Source: a virus
Taxonomy: Duplodnaviria; Heunggongvirae; Uroviricota; Caudoviricetes
IMG/VR virus record: IMGVR_UViG_3300037510_000134
Reading direction: 5' to 3' (one strand)
DNA length: 59,256 nucleotides
The notes beneath the pieces are model-generated. The model had not been told where the DNA came from. It was given only the letters and a program-made list of their open reading frames with translations, and searched no databases. Position numbers and translations under genes: made by a program. Below are positions 54,567 through 59,256 of this stretch, piece after piece (positions within the stretch are counted from its first letter, which is position 1; every line of letters begins with the position of its first letter).

Positions 54567-54968
54567 CTATGTATACTTCTTGATATCCCTTTTATCTACA
54601 ACGATCTGTAATTCTACTACTGCCTTACGATTATCACTTTCGTCATCTCTTACATATGTTGCCACTACTGCGTCAGCAGCTCGGCTATATGTATTAAAAT
54701 CTGGTACCTTGTCTACAGCATCAAACTTTACAAATACGTTTTCTCCAGATTTAAATGTTGGCTTGAATTTGTAAACACTTCCTCTTTCAAGGGTCTGTAG
54801 TGTCACCGAACGCATTGACAGATCTTCATCAGTATAATAATGACCAACCTCAACCCTGCTGTTGGATGAATGATATCCGTCTGTAAGCAATAGCCAACTT
54901 TTATCGTCAATCGGGGCAACAACTTTAAGCCATACTCTGTTATACTGGTCAATAAAGGTATCAGGCAT
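54567..54968 (-). CDS. Hypothetical protein (paralog pair A)
   Basis: RBS AGGAGG; FIDQYNRVW. Confidence 0.8.
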   Translation of the reverse strand: MPDTFIDQYNRVWLKVVAPIDDKSWLLLTDGYHSSNSRVEVGHYYTDEDLSMRSVTLQTLERGSVYKFKPTFKSGENVFVKFDAVDKVPDFNTYSRAADAVVATYVRDDESDNRKAVVELQIVVDKRDIKKYT

Positions 54969-54977
54969 GATGCCTCC

Positions 54978-55301
54978 TTAAATGGATCTCTTTACCTTAT
55001 CCCGGCCGATTCGAACTTCTAGTGTATATACCTGCTTGGCATCATCAAATTCTTTTACAGTTCCATAAGCTACGGCGCCCACATCTGCCATATTGAACTC
55101 CGCCATTTGGCCGGTAGGAATAACAGGAATAGGCTGCACTTCCTCGCCTTTATTGATAGCATGCAATGGACCACGGGCATTAAATAGTTGGCTAAGCGTT
55201 AGCCCGTTGTTGACATCGCCACCAACCAGAAAATATGCCATCTTGGTTGAATTGTAATGCCAAACCCGAGAATAGTTATCTAATAGAAATTCTGGCTCCA
55301 T
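54978..55301 (-). CDS. Hypothetical protein (paralog pair B)
   Basis: RBS AAAGGA; LLDNYSRVW. Confidence 0.8.
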   Translation of the reverse strand: MEPEFLLDNYSRVWHYNSTKMAYFLVGGDVNNGLTLSQLFNARGPLHAINKGEEVQPIPVIPTGQMAEFNMADVGAVAYGTVKEFDDAKQVYTLEVRIGRDKVKRSI

Positions 55302-55361
55302 TTATATTTCCTTTTTGTACATTTTGTTTACATTTTGATTACGATTACATTTTATTTGTAA

Positions 55362-55520
55362 TCATTCCGAATCTACATTTAGATTGACTTCTAGGATATC
55401 CAGGATTTCATCTAAGATTCCTTCTGCTGCCTGGTATCTAAGATCTACAGCGAGTGTACTTGGAAGAGCATTTGCAATAATGCTGGTTGCCTGTAGGTAT
55501 TTTACCCTATCTTCATTCAT
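55362..55520 (-). CDS. Hypothetical microprotein
   Basis: ATG 55520 coupled (TAATG) to the upstream gene. Confidence 0.6.
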   Translation of the reverse strand: MNEDRVKYLQATSIIANALPSTLAVDLRYQAAEGILDEILDILEVNLNVDSE

Positions 55521-55705
55521 TATTCGAACCAATTGTTTAGTTGTGGGAAGAGGTCGTCTTGATATGCATGAGCGGATAGAGAAGCATCCCAATTACGATC
55601 CTTAGGCTGCCATTTATCTACTACACTTACGATTTCATCAAATAGACTTAGACGACTCTCTTCATCCACTAATGGAATTTCAATTTCTATCCGCCATGCG
55701 TTCAT
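55520..55705 (-). CDS. Hypothetical protein
   Basis: ORF track; operon context. Confidence 0.7.
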   Translation of the reverse strand: MNAWRIEIEIPLVDEESRLSLFDEIVSVVDKWQPKDRNWDASLSAHAYQDDLFPQLNNWFE

Positions 55706-55706
55706 A

Positions 55707-56126
55707 TCATAGAGCCCTTAGGTAACATTCATTGAATCCGATAGTACGCTTGCCAAACATACCTTCTAGTTCATCACCAATCACACCATCTGAATCTCCA
55801 TCTACCCAGACTTCATAGGTATTGGGATTTGAATCAACTTCATGCACAGTACCAACCGCATCACCAGGTTGGCCAGCGTGAATACTAACACGGTCTCCCA
55901 CCTTGAACTTAGGCTCTCCTTCTACGAAAGCAACAAGCTCATTTTCGGCAAATGGGAAATATGGTTCGCCGCTAAGCAGGGTAGCTACCAGACCAGCCTC
56001 AGAGTCAGAAACTCCATCTACATATACTTGATATGGTAGGTCGCCAGGAATAACCTTTCTCACAGTACCAAAATAAACATTGTCGGGTGACGCTAGTACC
56101 TGCACTCTATCACCAACATTAAACAT
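55707..56126 (-). CDS. Protein with two tandem SH3/KOW-like domains
   Basis: MFNVGDRVQV.. and KFKVGDRVSI.. repeats; RBS AGGAG before ATG 56126. Confidence 0.8.
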   Translation of the reverse strand: MFNVGDRVQVLASPDNVYFGTVRKVIPGDLPYQVYVDGVSDSEAGLVATLLSGEPYFPFAENELVAFVEGEPKFKVGDRVSIHAGQPGDAVGTVHEVDSNPNTYEVWVDGDSDGVIGDELEGMFGKRTIGFNECYLRAL

Positions 56127-56140
56127 TTTAACTCCTATTG

Positions 56141-56341
56141 TCATTCGTCAATGTGTTCTAGTTCTTCTTCATCAAATGCGATTGAATCTGCGCCAAAGAA
56201 ATTAGTTAATTCATCTAGCTGTACTTCAATTGGTAGCGCTTCACCGTCGTCATGAATTTCTACAACTACGCCGGTTTTTCCGGTGAAGAATTTGAAATGA
56301 GCTTCGGTTTTTATCCGCACCCTATCACCAATAGCGTACAT
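56141..56341 (-). CDS. SH3/KOW-like small protein
   Basis: YAIGDRVRI..GKTGVVVEI..IEVQLD..FDEEEL. Confidence 0.8.
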   Translation of the reverse strand: MYAIGDRVRIKTEAHFKFFTGKTGVVVEIHDDGEALPIEVQLDELTNFFGADSIAFDEEELEHIDE

Positions 56342-56346
56342 TTAAA

Positions 56347-56565
56347 TCATCCCTCTAGTGGTGCTAGCTCAGAGCTGCGGAAAGGAAAGTTAGGGGTACC
56401 AAATAGGATTTTGGCAAGTGATCCCGCTTCACCATTTGAATGGTCGTCTACGAATACTTCGTAATCCCAAGTCTCATCATCGAGAGAGCCCATTACAGTT
56501 CCTGTAGTGGTTACTTTGTCATTTGAATAGGGAAGTACTTTTACTTTGTCTCCTACATTAAACAT
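56347..56565 (-). CDS. SH3/KOW-like small protein
   Basis: MFNVGDKVKV..TGTV..YEVFVD..FRSSEL. Confidence 0.8.
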   Translation of the reverse strand: MFNVGDKVKVLPYSNDKVTTTGTVMGSLDDETWDYEVFVDDHSNGEAGSLAKILFGTPNFPFRSSELAPLEG

Positions 56566-56940
56566 TTAATCCTCATTCCATGTGATTCCAGCGGATTTTA
56601 GTGAATTTTTCAGTCTATCTGCGATAGCTTTTTGTGCATGATAAACTGTATCTTGCAATTCTTCAAGGTCAGGGATACTTTCAGCAACTATTTGTTGAGC
56701 CGCTTGCTCTGCATATTGTTTAATGGCATTTTCTACCGACTCAATAAAGTTTTGAGCATTTACTTCAATACCATTGACCTGCATAGTTAGCTGCACATTT
56801 CTAAATCCATTTGTAGCATCGGAAAGCTCTTCAAAATCAATCTTCGGAGAATGATCAACGCCGTGCTTTTCAGCAATCAAATGGACAAACATCCATTTTA
56901 CAAAATCTTCCCCACGGGCCTGCCAATCGAATTGGAACAT
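56566..56940 (-). CDS. Hypothetical protein
   Basis: RBS GGAGG. Confidence 0.8.
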   Translation of the reverse strand: MFQFDWQARGEDFVKWMFVHLIAEKHGVDHSPKIDFEELSDATNGFRNVQLTMQVNGIEVNAQNFIESVENAIKQYAEQAAQQIVAESIPDLEELQDTVYHAQKAIADRLKNSLKSAGITWNED

Positions 56941-56985
56941 TCAATCCTCCCGGCTAAATAGATAATTCATTAAATCTGTTATCAT

Positions 56986-57016
56986 GTCAACAATCATACT
57001 CCTTATGATTGTTGAC
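56986..57016. other. 13-bp inverted repeat
   Basis: GTCAACAATCATA-N5-TATGATTGTTGAC; on the minus strand the loop is AGGAG. Confidence 0.6.
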
Positions 57017-57027
57017 GATTTCTACAA

Positions 57028-57219
57028 TTACTTCTTCTGACATTCACGTTGCCTTTGCAGCTCTTTGTATCCTAAGGATCTTACCGTAAAACAGTAAATA
57101 AAACATGTTACAGTTGTAACAATTAATGACGCTGGCTGACTGTGGATAATGAATGTACAGAGTAAGCCAATCAATGCTGCACCTGTATAATTTACTAGGT
57201 ACCACCATAAGTTTGGCAT
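57028..57219 (-). CDS. Small two-TM membrane protein
   Basis: RBS AGGAG. Confidence 0.75.
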   Translation of the reverse strand: MPNLWWYLVNYTGAALIGLLCTFIIHSQPASLIVTTVTCFIYCFTVRSLGYKELQRQRECQKK

Positions 57220-57227
57220 TTTTACTC

Positions 57228-57692
57228 CTAATTGCCTAGTAGACCATCTACGCTGTCTAAAAGCCCTGTCACTGTCTCGTCCACAACGTCTACCGTCTGA
57301 CTCAACAAGGGTACGTCCGCATGTACGTCCGTGTCAACCCCTATGTTAGCCGCTGGCGGTACATCCACACGTGCTCCTACGTCCGTCCCTGGGTTTAGTT
57401 TTGGGGGCTGAGGGACATTTACGTCCACAGGTCCCACCGGATTTTCTGCGGGCACTACAGAGGGCAGCACGGGCATGCTAGATGTTCCTGACTCGCCTGT
57501 TACTGCGATCTTAGATTGCTCTATTTTAGTTGGTTGATGAATAGCTTCTTTTGGATGAACCTCATTTGGAACGTCACCACTTAAACTAGTTGCTGTAAAA
57601 ATAGCAACGGCAGACATTAGAGCACCAAATGCTCCAGCGGTTGATCCTAAAAAGCTTATTTTCTTTGGATTAGGCTTGTTATGTTTTCCCAT
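57228..57692 (-). CDS. Membrane-anchored or secreted Pro/Val-rich protein
   Basis: Basic N-terminus plus a hydrophobic segment; ATG is 6 nt after TGG-TATACT (leaderless). Confidence 0.75.
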   Translation of the reverse strand: MGKHNKPNPKKISFLGSTAGAFGALMSAVAIFTATSLSGDVPNEVHPKEAIHQPTKIEQSKIAVTGESGTSSMPVLPSVVPAENPVGPVDVNVPQPPKLNPGTDVGARVDVPPAANIGVDTDVHADVPLLSQTVDVVDETVTGLLDSVDGLLGN

Positions 57693-57710
57693 ACTATTAG
57701 TATACCACTA

Positions 57711-57944
57711 TTATTTACTACTCAACCACGCTTGGAACAGCGTTATTACATTTTCGCCCGGCTGGGTAGTCATAATAAATGACTGAAAAAAGAACAGAGC
57801 TAAGCCCGACATTCCAACTATTGTGGCAATAAAAGCCCTAATAGCTTCACTAGGTCTAAGTGCGGAATGCTTCCAAAATAATGCACTTAAAGAAATACCT
57901 ATGCCTACTAGCAGAATGAAAATGTTAACTAACACAAGTAGCAT
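57711..57944 (-). CDS. Small two-TM membrane protein
   Basis: TTGATC-N18-TATATT, then 6 nt to the ATG. Confidence 0.75.
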   Translation of the reverse strand: MLLVLVNIFILLVGIGISLSALFWKHSALRPSEAIRAFIATIVGMSGLALFFFQSFIMTTQPGENVITLFQAWLSSK

Positions 57945-57975
57945 AATATCAATATACCAACATAAACATTATTGA

Positions 57976-58155
57976 TCAACCGTATAGCCATTTGAACTTT
58001 ATATCTGGATAGTCATACTGTGTTAAATCCTTGTCAAGAACACCATACAATGTTGCTGATCCACAGAGGTCGATAAATTCATAGTCAAAAAGCGTCATCC
58101 ATTCGATGTTTCTTTCACTCTCTAGCCATTCGACAGCTTGTTCATTTAATTCCAT
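57976..58155 (-). CDS. Hypothetical protein
   Basis: RBS AAAGGA before ATG 58155. Confidence 0.65.
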   Translation of the reverse strand: MELNEQAVEWLESERNIEWMTLFDYEFIDLCGSATLYGVLDKDLTQYDYPDIKFKWLYG

Positions 58156-58198
58156 TCGTTTTCCTTTACGAGTATGGCCGGCAATGCCGGCCATACTG

Positions 58199-58396
58199 TT
58201 AACATCCGTGTGACTTATTATGTAACTTAGCCTGTTGCATGCATCGCCTTCTGGCATCTTTGACTGCAATTTCAGAGAATTCAGATCTACTGATCACTTT
58301 AATTGTAGCCCCACAAAACATCTTGGTGGTGGCAACGCAAACATGCTGGTTGTTCTTTGTGTTATATGAATTAATTTCTTCTATTTCTGGCCACAT
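58199..58396 (-). CDS. Hypothetical protein
   Basis: TAATG coupling. Confidence 0.65.
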   Translation of the reverse strand: MWPEIEEINSYNTKNNQHVCVATTKMFCGATIKVISRSEFSEIAVKDARRRCMQQAKLHNKSHGC

Positions 58397-58599
58397 TATA
58401 GATTTTCCTTAAGCCACCAATCGATTTCTGACTGAAACTGTTCTTCTGAACGAACGATCCGATGTCCATTACTATCTAGAACCCGGATATATGACACAAG
58501 CTGACCGTCAAGATTTTCTACCCAAATAGCATTTGTCGTAAGAGTAAAGATGAATCCATCCTTTTCGATCTGGTAACCTACAGGTAGCTCAGTAATCAT
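58396..58599 (-). CDS. Hypothetical protein
   Basis: RBS GGGAG. Confidence 0.7.
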   Translation of the reverse strand: MITELPVGYQIEKDGFIFTLTTNAIWVENLDGQLVSYIRVLDSNGHRIVRSEEQFQSEIDWWLKENL

Positions 58600-58608
58600 T
58601 ATTACTCC

Positions 58609-58728
58609 CTAATGGCCTACATGCCTTTCGGCTTCATTTTTAACATTGTACCACTCGCGGCATTTTGGACAATATGCCTCTTGCAATGCCTCTCGTAGCC
58701 TTTTTGCTGTTAAATCATCCTTAGCCAT
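58609..58728 (-). CDS. Zinc-finger-like microprotein
   Basis: Translated by hand, 39 aa: YCPKCREWY..RHVGH. Confidence 0.55.
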   Translation of the reverse strand: MAKDDLTAKRLREALQEAYCPKCREWYNVKNEAERHVGH

Positions 58729-58730
58729 TA

Positions 58731-59246
58731 CTAATTGACCTTTAGCTCATTTGCTTTCTTCACCGCATCAGCCATTTCTTCTGTTGTTGGGTAAGTTACC
58801 GAACCATCTCCCCCACCAAGGTATTCAGGCAGCTGCGGGATATCATGTAGACAATACTTTACTTGCAATAGACACTTTGAGCAATACTCAAAGGCAATTA
58901 CTACTGGACGGCTTAGTCTCATTACATCAATACCATACACTACGCTATAATCGTGCGTAACGGGATTTGACTTTATTTCTTCCGTCTCTCGCGCTCTTTC
59001 ATCTTGTCCACCATGGCTTCCACTATTGGAATCATCGCCGTTCCCAGCATGAACGCCCCTAATGCCACCATGATTGTTATTCCTATTGGAACCATTATCA
59101 TTTTTGACTACACGCCCGTCCTTATAGTCTTCAAATACCTGACCTGTTTCAATAGCTAGTTGAATTGCTGCATGGGCATCCTTTGAAAGCTTACCCCGCC
59201 CTGCTTTAGCAAGACCAAGACTAATTGCATATTCACGGGCCTTCAT
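58731..59246 (-). CDS. Protein with an N-terminal Lsr2-like DNA-binding motif
   Basis: AREYAISLGLAKAGRGKLSKDAHAAI resembles the Lsr2 C-terminal REWA..G..V..RGRI; low-complexity linker; C-terminal CxxC..YC.H. Confidence 0.75.
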   Translation of the reverse strand: MKAREYAISLGLAKAGRGKLSKDAHAAIQLAIETGQVFEDYKDGRVVKNDNGSNRNNNHGGIRGVHAGNGDDSNSGSHGGQDERARETEEIKSNPVTHDYSVVYGIDVMRLSRPVVIAFEYCSKCLLQVKYCLHDIPQLPEYLGGGDGSVTYPTTEEMADAVKKANELKVN

Positions 59247-59256
59247 TTAATGCTCC

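Noticed and set aside
1-59256. CRISPR array, integrase/att site, transposase, intein, diversity-generating retroelement
   Set aside because: No regularly spaced repeats, recombinase, reverse transcriptase or intein motifs were seen; the repeated families are protein paralogs or isolated RNA hairpins.

Overview
Window from a large AT-rich tailed dsDNA phage (siphovirus). An actinobacterial host is inferred from the gene order, which resembles large Streptomyces BE/BK-type phages, the leaderless sigma70-type promoters, Lsr2-like motifs and a short-arm tRNA-Leu(UAA). 1-27.5 kb (minus strand): virion module read right to left (portal, protease, major capsid, head-tail, major tail, tail assembly chaperone with a -1 frameshift, tape measure, minor tail), preceded by an amidase endolysin, class II ribonucleotide reductase, an EndoVII-type nuclease and a glycosyltransferase. 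27.7-41.6 kb (plus strand): thyX, SNase-like, DEDD, HD and HNH enzymes, among dense microproteins that include 10 copies of a CxxC..H..CxGS zinc-binding motif mostly missed by the ORF track. About 41-54.3 kb: a visibly GC-richer block, probably a long terminal-repeat/early region (inference). It carries a Fic protein, an Lsr2-like protein, tRNA-Arg(UCU) and tRNA-Leu(UAA), plus several structured non-coding RNAs I cannot assign to a known family: a tRNA cloverleaf with a 35-nt anticodon loop, a 219-nt CCA-ended tRNA mimic heading a ~900-nt multi-helix pseudoknotted RNA candidate, a GNRA-rich leader, and a repeated covarying hairpin element. These RNAs are the best candidate for a new system. 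54.5-59.3 kb (minus strand): small paralogous proteins including an SH3/KOW-like array. No integrase, terminase or CRISPR array was seen. All RNA structures were folded by eye and no database search was run.
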